A stretch of DNA of 64,000 bases from Sminthopsis crassicaudata (taxonomy: Eukaryota), in contig NC_133620.1 of NCBI RefSeq assembly GCF_048593235.1, forward strand, positions 28,801,772 through 28,865,771, in the 5' to 3' direction. Positions 34,970 through 46,880 of this stretch are shown piece by piece. Both the position numbers and the translations under genes were made by a program. The notes below the pieces were generated by a model. The model was not told the origin of the DNA and did no database searches. It saw nothing but the letters and a program-made list of their open reading frames with translations. Positions within the stretch are counted from its first letter, which is position 1. Every line of letters starts with the position of its first letter.

Positions 34970-35057
34970 GTGCGCAGGGGAGTGTCTCAGCGGGATGGGG
35001 GCGGGGCCTCCTGCTCCTCTGGATCCGGGGAGACACTTTTCTTCCTGACCGGTCCAG

Positions 35058-35139
35058 GTGACGGTACTGATGAGTCAGGCTGTCCAGGGTCTGATGGAAG
35101 ACAGGGAGCGCCAGCGATGCCAGATTGATGAGCTAGAAG
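35058..35139 (+). CDS. CCDC163: CCDC163 coding exon 4 (VTVLMSQAVQGLMEDRERQRCQIDELE)
   Basis: Phase 0 to 1, coiled-coil character, canonical sites. Confidence 0.8.
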
Positions 35140-35274
35140 GTAACTCCTCGAGCACAGGGTCCTACGGTACGCATCCCTCCCTGAAGTCTGGGCCGGGCCC
35201 CCTAGGCTAGTCCCCTCACCGTGGGAGAGGGAAACGGGCTGGCGCGCAGGGATGACGTCCCCGTTACCATCCAG

Positions 35275-35434
35275 AGGAGCTGGGCCGGCTTCGAGGGGCC
35301 CCTGAAGGGCGAGCAAGGCTGGAACAACGAGTGGAAGACCTGAACTCAGAGCTACAGAGTCTCCGTCGACAGCTGCAGGCCCGTCCTGGGGAAGCTGGTG
35401 TGACAGCCCTCCTGCGCCAAGAGCTGCAGAATGA
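35275..35434 (+). CDS. CCDC163: CCDC163 coding exon 5 (ELGRLRG...LEQRVEDLNSELQSLRRQLQ...LLRQELQN)
   Basis: Phase 1 to 2, heptads, donor GA|GTGAGT. Confidence 0.8.
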
Positions 35435-35624
35435 GTGAGTGTTTACTGCTGGGACCCACCCCAGCAGCCTGCTGGGGCCCTCCAGGAAGCCCTCCCAGAC
35501 TTAGATGGGGTTTCCTTCCTGAGTGCTTGTCCTCTGCCCTTGAAGGGGGAGGAGTGGGACTGGCGGGGGGCTCTGCTTCTCACGGTTGGTCCGTCCTGCC
35601 TCACTGACCCCTCTGACCCTTCAG

Positions 35625-35692
35625 TCGCCAGCTGCTGTGGGAGGAGTATGAGGTTGTTCGAGGGGAGCTGAAGCTTCTGCGGGACCAGCTAG
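35625..35692 (+). CDS. CCDC163: CCDC163 coding exon 6 (RQLLWEEYEVVRGELKLLRDQL)
   Basis: Matches recalled human LWEESEIMQKELKLLQYQL. Phase 2 to 1. Confidence 0.9.
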
Positions 35693-36453
35693 GTGAGTGG
35701 GGGTCCCTCCCCTGAGCTTCTCTGTGGCCCATTTGAAAGCCTGTTTTCTTCATAAGAGAGTGTGGGGAGGTCGGAGCCAGCCCAGCTCCAATCCTGGCTC
35801 AGCCACTTAGTTGCCAGTGTGACCGAGGGCAAACTGAGTGTCCTCATCTGCAAAATGGGGCCATTGGGTGAGATGAACTCTTTAGTGAAGTGCTTCCCCT
35901 TCCAGAGAGACGGGAGCAGGGGCATTTCTATTGTTCATCCTTTCACCAAGCATTTACTAAGTGTGCGTCCCTAATGGGGGCACGGCTCTGTGACAGGGAC
36001 TAGCTAGAGACACTGGGGTAAGATCAGGACCTGCCCTTCAGCTGCTGAGGCCTACTAGGGCATCTAAGGACACAGGCATCCATCAGTGTAGCAGTGAGGT
36101 GCCCACGAGGGAGGAAAATAAACTGGAAGGAATTCTTTCAGGTGCACAGGGGACAGGGAGGGCATTCCAGTCCTTGGGAACAGCCTAAGCAAAGGCCTGG
36201 AGGCTGGAGAGCACAATCTGGATTCAAGGTAGAAAGTTACCTGTGCAGAGGAAAGGAGCCACATAAGATTAAGAGGGCTTCACTTAGGGGCTTTGGACTT
36301 TCCTGAGGAAGCAATAGAGAATTCTGAAAGTACTGAAATGGTTGGCCAGACTGAGGGCTGGTGAGAGAGGGTAAACCTCATCACTTTTGGGATCTTCTGG
36401 GGCTCAGTTCTTAAACTGAGTAAATGTTCCTCCTGAGCGAAAGACCAAGTATT

Positions 36454-37081
36454 GAAGGGAGGGAGGAGGGAAGGAAAGAAGGAAAAAGGAGAAAAGGAAG
36501 GAGAGGAGAGAGAAGGAAGAGAAAGGAAGAAAGAAGGGAAAAGAAAAGGAAAGAGGAGAAAAGGAGAGGAGGAGGGAAGAGGAGAGAGGAAAAGAGAAAG
36601 TTAGGAAGGGAAAAGGAGAGGGGAAATAAAGGAGAAAAGGAGAGGAGGGAAGAGACATAGAAAAGGAGAAAGAAGAGAAAAGAGAAAGGAAAGAAAAGAG
36701 GGGAGGAAAGCANNNNNNNNNNNNNNNNNNNNNNNNNNNNNNNNNNNNNNNNNNNNNNNNNNNNNNNNNNNNNNNNNNNNNNNNNNNNNNNNNNNNNNNN
36801 NNNNNNNNNNNNNNNNNNNNNNNNNNNNNNNNNNNNNNNNNNNNNNNNNNNNNNNNNNAAAGAGAAGGAAAGGAGAAAAGGAAGAGGAGGAAAGAAAAAA
36901 GGGAGCAAAGGAGAAAGGTAAGAAAAAAGAAAGGAAAGAGAAGGAAAGAGGAGAAAAGGAAGAGGGAAGAGACAAAGAAGGGAGAAAAGGAGAAGAGAAA
37001 AGGAGAGAAAGGAAAGAGGGGGGGAAGAGGAAAGGGGAAAGAGGACAGAAGGGAAGAGGTTGAAGAGGGAGAAGGAAGGAA
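36454..37081. repeat. Polypurine (GA-rich) low-complexity tract spanning a 146-N assembly gap (36713-36858)
   Basis: Near-pure A/G on the + strand, inside CCDC163 intron 6. Confidence 0.92.
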
Positions 37082-37147
37082 GCTGCTGTTCCTTTCCCGT
37101 TGCCCCTCACTGCCACGGACCAGGTTGCTGACCCTCCCCTCCCACAG

Positions 37148-37215
37148 GCCAACAGCAAGAGTTGTTACTGAGACAGATGGCTGAAGCCCGGCAGGCTCAG
37201 GGGCGCAGTTGGAAG
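37148..37215 (+). CDS. CCDC163: CCDC163 coding exon 7 (QQQELLLRQMAEARQAQGRSWK)
   Basis: Matches recalled human [23 protein letters not shown]. Phase 1 to 0, donor AAG|GTAAGG. Confidence 0.9.
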
Positions 37216-37537
37216 GTAAGGGTCCTGAGCTTCCTGCTCCTGAAGGACAAGTCATCTTGGAAAGGCATCTTGAGATGGGGCCCTTGATTGCACTTGGGCC
37301 CAGCTCAGATGCTTTTCTACTCTGCTGATAGAAGGGTGGGTGCCCTGGAGAAATGGTCTGCTCCCCCCACCCCAGCAGCCCCTTAGGGCTCCCTCCCACC
37401 ATCCCCTAAGTTCCCCCACCCTATCCCCTGGATCCCAGCTTGTTTAGAGCACTGGGGGGGGGGGGGGAAGAGGGAGAAGGGCCTGAGGGAAGGGCATGTT
37501 CTGGGCTCATTACCACCCGCAGCCTGTGCCTGGGCAG

Positions 37538-37638
37538 GTGCTGGAGCAGGTCCAGAGTGATCAGGAAGGCCACAGCCGCGTGGTGGACGCTGCCAGGGTG
37601 GAGGCCAGAGACATTCGGCAGGAGATCAATCTTCTCAG
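37538..37638 (+). CDS. CCDC163: CCDC163 coding exon 8 (VLEQVQSDQEGHSRVVDAARVEARDIRQEINLL)
   Basis: Phase 0 to 2, open and helical. The donor AG|GTCTGG is weak. Confidence 0.7.
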
Positions 37639-38206
37639 GTCTGGGGCCAGGCTGGGGCTGGGAGGTAATGGGCCCCCCACCCCCGCCTCCACCCAGGGGA
37701 CACAGTGCTCCTGGGCAGGGGCTCAGGGAGGAAGCAGACGGAGCTGGCTTTGGGAGGTGACTGGACTTTTCCTTTTGTTGAGCCCAGAGCCTGGGTTCCC
37801 TCTGCTCCTGCAGGGGCCCAGCCCATACAAAATACCAAGGAGGACAGGAGTCATCCTGTAGGACAGAGCTGTGAGGGGCTCCATGGCTGGAGGGCCTGGA
37901 TCCTAAGCCCAGTCCTGCTGCTGGCCACAAATATAGCAGCTCCTGAGCCTAGAACTGGGAGGAGACAGCTGGCCCATCTCTAGGCCTGCCCCTCTGGGAG
38001 GGGAGCTTTCACCTGTGAGAGAGGGGACCTGCCTGGGCTCCTGCAGCTGGAAGGCCTTTGGGCCAGGCTCTGAAGCCATGTCTCCTTGTCCCCTGTCCAG
38101 AGCATAGTGAAGAGACCCGAGTTCAAATTTTGTGTGTGACTGACCCTTAACCTCCATGTGCCTCAGGCTCCTCTTTTGTAAATTGGGAATAATAATAACA
38201 TATTAA

Positions 38207-38352
38207 GAGCAGCTAGGTGGTGTAGTGGACAGAGCACCAGCCCTGAAGTCAGGAGGACCCAAGTTCAAATTAGGCCTCCGACACTTAATACTTCCTGGCT
38301 GTGTGAACCTGGGCAAGTCACTTAGCCCCAATTGCCTCAGGAAAAAAAAAAG
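38207..38352 (+). mobile_element. WSINE1-type CORE-SINE in CCDC163 intron 8
   Basis: Head, CORE and A-tail. ATAACATA is repeated on both flanks (38195-38202, 38353-38360). Confidence 0.87.
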
Positions 38353-38970
38353 ATAACATAATAATAAACTCAGATATTTATAAAGCTCTTTTCAAACCTT
38401 AATGTGTCAGGTTAATCTAGCAATTACTGCTATTAATGGTAATTATGAATATGTTCTTTTCCTTGTCTTTCTCCCCCCTTTCCCTCCAGGGGCTTCACTG
38501 CCTGGTGGAGCACTTGCCTAGGGGCAAGAAGAGCTGAGCTTGTCCTTTTAGGTGACCAAGAGCAGGCTGCTTCACCTTGGGAGCAGCTTATAAAACCCAG
38601 TCAGTCAGTTAACACTGAGTGCCTTCCTGGGCCCCCTGTGGGGAAGCAATGCCTTTGAGTGAGCCCCTTCACATCAGTCAGATGACCTCAAGGTAGAAAG
38701 GTTCCCATCCCAGGATGCCCACTGTGCTAGGGGCAAAAGCTAGCAGTTGCCTCTTCCTTATGCAAGGGCTCCTACTCAAAGCTGGAATAATTAATTCTAC
38801 ATCTCCACCCCCATAGTTTCTGGGACTCTCACTTCCCACTTTGGAGAAACTGAGTCAGTCCCAGTGTTAGGGAAGGTGGGGACCGGCTCCCATAAGGCTG
38901 TGATGGTATCAGCCTATGACCCCTTCCCCGGGACTCTGTTGCCTGACTCTGAGGGCCGGGCCCCCCACAG

Positions 38971-39101
38971 GGCCATGGTGTGTTCTCTGCAGGCCCAGTT
39001 TCGAGGAGAACCCCCTCCCCGTCCAGACTCTGCCATTTCTAGCTCTGACTTAAGCCTCCTAGACAGTGACAGCAGCTGGGACATACCTTCTCGGGATCCT
39101 G
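38971..39101 (+). CDS. CCDC163: CCDC163 coding exon 9 (AMVCSLQAQFRGEPPPRPDSAISSSDLSLLDSDSSWDIPSRDP)
   Basis: Phase 2 to 1 fits both neighbours. Donor CTG|GTGAGT. Confidence 0.65.
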
Positions 39102-39319
39102 GTGAGTGAGCTGGCCAGCCTAGAAGTGCAGGGTCCCCTCCCAGCCTGCCTCCTCCACCCAGCACACTTGTATCTCCCTGCCGCTTGGACCTTGGAAGTG
39201 ACCCTCTTTTGCTTTCAGACAGGCTGGGCTCAGATCAGCTTTTGGTCTCCTCTGCTCTTAAGGACCCCAGCCACAAGTCCCTTTCTTTCCTCTACACCCC
39301 TTCCCCCCCATCCCTGTAG

Positions 39320-39549
39320 CTATCCCTGGGGACTTTAAAATGGCTCAGAGTACGGGGTCCCTGAAAGTCCCTTCTCTGACTGCTGGCCTGGGCCTGCCCC
39401 CCTCAGCCATGCCAGCAGAACCTCACAGCAACACTGAGTCCAGCACCGAGTCCGGCCCAGAGACCAGCGCTGCCCGGCCTCCTGTGAAGAGCCCCCAGAC
39501 ATCTGACCGGTTGAACAAAGCACCAAAGCTGCTCCTTGGTGACCTCTGA
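39320..39549 (+). CDS. CCDC163: CCDC163 terminal coding exon 10 (IPGDFKMAQSTG...KLLLGDL*)
   Basis: Long polypyrimidine acceptor, phase 1, stop TGA at 39547-39549, AATAAA downstream. Confidence 0.6.
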
Positions 39550-39774
39550 ATGGGCCAGCCAACTCTCCATGCCCTGGCTTGCTGAAGGACAACAGAAATC
39601 CTCTGGGCATCGGGGAGGGAAAGCAGAGAGAAGCAGCTCATCCCCAGGAGCCTTCCCTCCCCCCAGAAGATTTCTTTTGCTGGCCCCAAATCGCTGCACT
39701 CTGCTCCCTGGTTCCCCTCTTTCTCTTCTCATCTCCTCTAAGATTTCTTCCTTTTCCCTATACTTCAAATCTGA

Positions 39775-39780
39775 AATAAA
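39775..39780 (+). terminator. CCDC163: CCDC163 polyadenylation signal AATAAA
   Basis: Canonical hexamer about 225 nt after the predicted stop. Confidence 0.65.
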
Positions 39781-42700
39781 AAAATGTTAACTATCTCCAC
39801 GCCCACTGTAGTCAGAAGTTCCCTCACCAGGGTGTAAGCAGAGCGTGGAGTAGCAGGCACACAGAGAATCAGGGGGGAGTCAGTGGGTGGGGCTTCATTT
39901 CTCCTCCATCCTGGGCAGGAAGGAGTAGTAGGCCTTTGCTGGCTCCTCCAGCTGCCTTCCATCCCAGCTGTCTTCCCCCCCCCCCCTCCCCCGGGCTGCA
40001 TGTCTTCCTGCCAGCTTCTGGTGTACCTGAGTGATCAGTAACCCACAGCCCTGCCATGAGCATTAAGAGATAATCATTAAGAAGCTTAAGGAATAGCAAT
40101 ACTTGATGGTCCTAAGGGCTATGGGGGAGGGGTCAGATGGGGTCAGCAGAGTCAGGCCTGAGGAAAGCATCAGGACATGGTCCCACTGGGTAATTTCTGC
40201 TCCCAGGGTAGCCTGGTCTAACTCTTAGAAGGCCTCGAACGCTTCCCTACATGCCAGATTACCAGGAACAGATGAACAACTCCGACCAAGGATAGGAGGC
40301 AGCCCAAAGAAATCCTGAGCTTTTCCAGGATGCTTCGGACAAAGGGGAGGGCCCTGGGATGCTGACCTGTGCTCCTGAGGCACTTGTTTGACAACGTGCA
40401 GGACGTGGCAGACAGGTGCTCGGACCCACTGCTGCCTCAGACCCCGTGTGGCTGCCAATAATTTTAGGCTTCATGATTATGGCTTGGGAAGCCCTGGCTG
40501 GGGACCCTGGGGCAAAGGGATTTTCCTTCTGTGCTTTGGAAGAAGCAGCTTTGAGGAATGAATCCAAGCTGAAAAGACATTACCAGTAATGGACTTTGAA
40601 TTCTAGCTTAAAATGGAGGATTTCTGGGTCCCTGAGGAATTAAACATTTGTCTGGAGTCTTGTGAATCTAATAAAAGGACTTTAAATAGAGGCAAAGATG
40701 GGGTGCAATGGGGGTGGGGAGTGGAATTGCTGCCAGCTTACCTGTCACCAAGCTGAAACATCAGGAAGGAAGGAGTGGCAGCCTAAAAAGTGGTCTCTAT
40801 GTGCAGAAGTTCACAGGAGCAGGTAATCCTGGGTGTCTACCCAGACCCATGTGCTCAGGGTCACTCAGTGGCCAAGAACCACCCCCGAGGGGAACCCTGA
40901 GATGGGACAAGTGGAGACCCTCACAGTCTGTCTTCTGATGGATGGGTGGGTGGGCTTTGTCTGAGAATAAGGGGGATGGCGCACCTTAAGAAATACTAAA
41001 ATGAGGAAATATGGGAAAGAACTTATTCACAATAGAGCTTGGTTTCAGGTTCTGGCCACTTCCTGCTCGGGAACTACTGCATGGGAAACGAGGCCCCTGG
41101 AGGGGGGCCTTTGGGTAAGTAGTGGGGCCTTGTGTTCAGGCTGGGCAGAGCCAGAGCCTCTGGGACTTGCCTGGGCTGGGAGAGCAGGTACCACCAGGGG
41201 TCGCTGTGGCTTTGTCCTCGGATCTCATCTGCAGCTTTGGAGTCAGGGAGGCTGAAACCCTGGGAGGCAACATTGCCCTGTGTGGTGCTCTTGCCACGCC
41301 CCCGGATGTCACTTTTTGGGGTGGGAAAATCCAGGGGAAATGGGCAGAGCTGAAGGGCTAGCAGTGATTGTCACCCCAATTGTGTTAAGAAAATTGTGTC
41401 AAATTATGGAGAAAGAAGCATGAAGTAGTAAAGTCAGGAAATCCTGTGTTCAAATCCCCTAATAGACACTGGCTCTGTGGGGCAATTCACTTCACAATTT
41501 TTTAAAGCTTTTTATTTTCAAAATGTAATTTCAAAACAGTTTTCAACATTCATTCTTGCAAAACCTTGTGTTCCAATTTTTTTCTCTCCACCCCTTCCCT
41601 TAATCGGCACGACTTCACGTTTTGTGCTTTGCATTTTTCCCCTATGATTCAGCCACCCCTTTCAGCTCTAAATCTGGAGCCTCTCTGGGCAAGGTGCCTT
41701 GTTAAGTCAAGGCTCTCAATTGACAAGATCCAATGTTTAGGACCCTAAGTTGGTTGGTCCTATAGAGTCCTGGAGCTACGCGGAAGAGAAGATCTTCCTA
41801 ATTATCCCACCCAATCTTTCCTAGGGTAGGAATCCCTCCCTTAGCAGCTGTCTGAGCATCTCTGCTAAGGAAGAGCTCATTACTTCACCCATGAGTCTAG
41901 TTTACCTTAGGATATCTTTCCTTTATAGGATCCTTGAAATAAAGCTGCTCCTCTACTCCCCAGCTTCTTAAATTATGATTCTCTACCCCATATGGGGACT
42001 CATAACTGAATGTGAGGATTGCGAAATGTTGATTTATCAGTAGCTGTTTGATTTGTATACCTATCTTATATACCTATATATCCAGGGTCACATAAAAGTT
42101 TCTCAGATGAAAAGAGGTCAAGAGTGGAAAAGATTTATGAAGCCCTGATTCTAGTTCATCTATTCTTTGACTACAAGAGGTGAGCCCAATTTGTCGTGTA
42201 TAAAGCAAAGCCAGGATTTGGACCAGGTGCTAGTAAATGTTTAACAACAACAAGAAAAACCCCCCAAAAGTATCTATGCCACAATTTTCAGTTTAATCTG
42301 CATTATTAACACTTTCTCTATTGGCTTCCTAAGTCTAGACTATCAACAAAACCATAAATCCTTGTTTTGTAGCATTTGTGAAGTCTGAGGTATAAATGGC
42401 TTTGGGAGCCCAGTTCAACTGACTCTAAGCTACTTCTGCTTTGAACCCAGATCCTCTATTTTCACTGCAAAACACTGTTTTATAAACTGGAATTTATGAG
42501 TCTCCTTATAGGTTCAACCCAACTAGAAAGTGATTAAGCCAAGGTCATCTGGTTAATAAGTGGCAGAAATGGACCTAGAACCCAGTATCTTGGTGTTTAA
42601 TCCAGTGTTCCTTAATCTGTCTCCACATTGTCCCTCCTGCCTTTATGTAATGTGCTAATAGGTCCACTGGAAAAAACTATCTGGATGATCCTGGGGAACC

Positions 42701-45700
42701 TCTAGACCCAAGCAGGACCAGCTTGACTTCTTCTGTGTCCTTCCCCCCCTCCACCTGAAGCCTTTTCTCAAGTTTAACTATCCAGTTCCTTTATCTGATC
42801 TAGAGATGGCACAGTACACTTTCTAGTCCTCTCAGTGTCTTCTCTACTTCCCATCTTGTCCTTCCTGAGGTAAGGCTAGAATTAAACAGACTCTGGCAGA
42901 TAAGGTCAGGGCAGAGCACAGGAGAGTAACCTTTTGTGTCTTTCCTTATTTATGGATACTCTGCCTTTCGTAATGTATGCTACAGTATATATATATATGT
43001 CTATACACATGCAGCATGTCTACATATATACACACATATATATGTACATACATACACAAATACATATAACTCAAGGCTCTCCTTGATGAAAACTTAAAGT
43101 AAAAAAACAGGTTCCTTCAAATGATTGTAGCAGTCCTCATCTTCACAATCACAGCATTGATCAAAAAGGGCAGTCAATGGCTCCTACTGTGCACATTGAT
43201 TAAAAATGAAAGTGTCTCTAGAAAAAAAAAGGTATAGTCCTAAAGTCTTTTGTTGGGTCAAGAATCCTCATGCATTCAGTATTATGACCATTTAAGATTC
43301 TTTTGAGAACCTCAACTACAGAGAGAGCTGTCTTCAATGACTCCTCGTTACTGTCAAATAAAACACAAAATAGAGATGATTTCTTGCCCGTCTCCTTTGC
43401 ACAAATGTGGCTACTTAGTATCATGCAGGATCTCCATATGGAAGAGGGAACTCCTTGAGAGCCTAGTCATTTCTCTGTAGTTCTTGGTTGGAAATGTTTC
43501 AGCCACTTGTTCTTGCTCTGAGTCTTTCCTTAATCTTCTGGGTGATATTCCATTATTGAGAGACTGTGGTGCCATGAGATTATCAGGATGAGATAACATT
43601 GGTTAAAAAAAAAAAACAAACATTTAGCACAGTGCCCGACGCAGAATAGAAGCTATATAAATACTTATTCCCTTTCCCCTCCCTATGAGTCACAACCACA
43701 GAGTGATAGCAGCAGGACAGCAGTATTTAAAAGATGGTGTTGTGTTTCAGGGTTATTTATTAGGTATTAATAATAATAGCCACCATTTATATAGCACTTT
43801 AAAATTGAAAAAGGATTTTCCAAATATTATCTAATTTAATTCTCACAATAATTATAGGAGGTCTTATTATTTCTATTTTATAGATGAGGGAGCTAAAGCA
43901 GACAGAGGTTAAGTGAAGGATCACACATCAAGCAAGTTATCTGAGGGCACTGACTGAACCACTTGGATCCTAAATATAGTGCGGCCTGGTTTCCTCCTCC
44001 TGTTCAATTTAGTCTAGAGAGCAGATAGTCTTTATCCATTTGCTTTATCCTGTATGGATGGTAAGATTGAACTCTTTTAAAGGATTGTGTATCTCATCTG
44101 GGAGTGTTCTTTGAGCTTGTTGTATACAGTACAAAGTCATCTGCAAATGGGAACATGAGGAGGACCTCACCATCTCCAGGTCAGTGATTTTTAAAGGATT
44201 GTGGTCCCTGGGCCAGACCAGCCTAGATAAGTCCCAGGAGGCTTAGCTGCACCAACCTGTTCAATCCTTCTGTATTATAAATAGGGAACCTCAGAGCTCA
44301 GGGAAGAAAGATTTCCCTAGAATCACAAAGTGACTGCACACATAGAGCTTGCTTTGTTTGATTTTGGGGGGGCCAGCCCTAAGGAATTCAGTGTTTAGTA
44401 GAGAGACTTCCCAGTGAGGAATCTCCCTCTATCAATTTGGATTGACATCTGCTCTGTTACTTGTGAATGGGGTACTTAGAGATGAAGGAACTCACAAGGT
44501 CAATTGGGGTCAGATGGACTTGAACCCGAGTCTTTTGGGCTTGGAGGCTAAGAAAAAGGGTTTGAATGCAGATTTGATTGATTTGATTTATTTGTTTTAT
44601 ATTAAAAAAACAACAACAACCCCCTATGCAGGATCCTTCTCAGTGCAGGAGGCTAGGCTAGACTGGGTTAGCTATGTAGTGTTTTTTCCAATGGTCCAAG
44701 TAGTATGTTGGGGGATGGAATCCTAAAGATTTTGCAGAGTGGACATGGGAAAGAGAACTCTAGAAGAGGGTTAGAGTATGAAGAGAGGTGTGGAAACTGA
44801 AGAGGCCCACTCTAGTTAGAGGGGAGTAGTGGGAAAGGATGCTTGAGCCCAGACCCAGTGAACTCTTCATCATATTTGGAGGGTCTTAAAGTTTCCTCAG
44901 AGCCCTTTTCTCTTTTTTTTTTTTTTTAATAGCTTTTTATATACAAAACATAGGCATGGGTGATTTTTCAACATTGACCCTAGCAAAAATTTGTTTCAAC
45001 TTTTCCCCTCCTTCCCTCCACCCCTCCCCTAGATGGCAGGTAATCCCATTATGTCTCTATTACTAATGAAGATCCTGGGAGTGGGACAACTCAGAGTTCA
45101 TCCTCTCAGAGAGCAAGGGACGTGCCCAGACTCACACAGGAAGCAGCAGTAGAGACAGGATTCCATCACCCTCCACAAGCTCCAGGATTTTGGTACCTCC
45201 AAGAGCCAGGAAGGAGGAGGTAAGGCTCTCACCCATATCCTTTAGGCCCTGGGGGACCCTTAAAGTCTTTGGAGGGAGGCAGGAGAGGGACAGTGCTAGA
45301 GATGCAATCTGCTATGTGATAGTTTGTGTTGTGGGAGAAATGGCTTTTCTTTTTCATTCAGGTTCCCCATCATTCACTGGGAATATGATTTCCCAAGGGG
45401 CCTTTGTACTGTTTGATGTCAGGGAAAGAACCCTTCTTAGCTGCCAATAAACGTCGGGGGCTACCTGTAACTTGTAGGATCAAACACAAACCCTGGCGGC
45501 TTATTCCAGGTCACTCCTCTCCAGGTTCTCTACTCCCCTTCTTGCTGTTCTGGGAGGATGATTCCTCCCCCTGCCCCAGAAAACAAAGCATGGGCCTGGA
45601 GGTGGGGGTGGCAACATTGGGAAGGAAGCCCGGAAGAAGCCATGGAATGCTGGATGCTCAACTTTAGTTCAGACTTCGGTTAGAACCCGGGCTCTGCCAA

Positions 45701-46499
45701 TAACTACTTGGGTGTCAGGGGGACAAGTCCCTGCCCATCTCCGGGCCCCCCTTTCTGAGGAGACTGGACTGGTGACCTTCACATCCTTCTCTGTCCCGGT
45801 CTTACACCATGTTCTCAAGCACAGTTTGCTGACCAGTAGCTCTGGAACCATGTGGATAAGGACTGGGTGGGGCCAGAGACTGGACCACCTGTGATTCACT
45901 GGTACAAGGAACTTCCAGATGAAGAAAATCCCTTTCCCTATTCGGGTCAAAACCTTCTTAGCAACTCTTAGTTGTAGAGGGCGGCGGGGAGCGACTTGTT
46001 CAGGAACACAGAGACGTCAGAGGCGGGACTGGAACCGAGGGTTTCGGGTTCAAATCTAATGCAATTTCTTTGCAATCCCATGTTTTAGGTACTTAAAAAC
46101 AGGACTTTGAGAAGAGGGTCCGCAGTTTTAGCAGACTGCCCAGTGACAGGGAAACAAAAGGGGAAGGCCCTCTTCGCAGGGCCGTGCAGCTCACTGTCCC
46201 TTGACAGGAGACACGGGTGGGACCATCCTGTCTTCAAAGGCTGCACGCATCCTCCCCGTAACTCTGAGGGTTACCTGGCCTCCAAGCCACGCCCCTCCCC
46301 CACATGGGCAGCCCGATTAGAGACGAGGCTCCTCGAAAGCGCTTTGGTATTTGTATCCCTGGAAACCACTTCTCCGCAGTCCATTCACTCTAAAGCTCCG
46401 GAGCTCACAACGTGCCGTACGGGCTGGGGGCGTGCCAGGGAACTCGGGTCTCCAGCCTCTCCGGCTCCCAGCTTTCATAGAATTTACTCTGTAGCCGTA

Positions 46500-46880
46500 G
46501 GAAATCGTATTCCCCGCGCTGCTTCGCCAATTGGCCTTGGGAAACATCAATCAGTAAATTTCCTGAAGGTGATTGGTCTACCTGTGTGTTTATACCCGCC
46601 CCCAGAAAGTTCGGCGGGACCTGGATTTTGGAGTTCCTCAGTCACTTCTTACCCCTCCTCTTCTGTTTACGCCTCGACTTTTTTCTTATTGGTCCGGGAG
46701 TCTGTCGGAATCGGCATTTCCAGATACTCATTGGCTCTGAAGCCTCCTTGTTCTGCCCTCCGAACCACGTGGGCTCACGGACCAATGCGGAGTCCGGGTT
46801 CCGAGAGGGCAATCGTGGGTTGGCTAGTCCGGGGGAGGGGAGCGAGGGGGGGGGGGAGGCGGCGCCGAGGCCCCGCCCCC
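46500..46880 (+). promoter_or_regulatory. TESK2: CpG-island promoter (TESK2 by synteny) with five CCAAT boxes and an E-box
   Basis: CCAAT/ATTGG at 46527-46534, 46572, 46688, 46730 and 46782; CACGTG at 46766-46771. CpG island ~46100-47700. Confidence 0.65.

Noticed and set aside
32422-35128. Long ORFs across the CpG island (e.g. 32422-32973, 33355-33897, 34337-35128) as single-exon genes
   Set aside because: Stop-poor GC-rich sequence. 34337-35128 is explained by CCDC163 exons 2-3 plus open introns.
36404-37402. 332-, 165- and 185-aa F/L/S-rich ORFs
   Set aside because: Translation of the polypurine tract across an N gap.
40259-40568. Minus-strand exon-like ORF downstream of CCDC163
   Set aside because: Plausible splice sites but no partner exons and no recognisable product.
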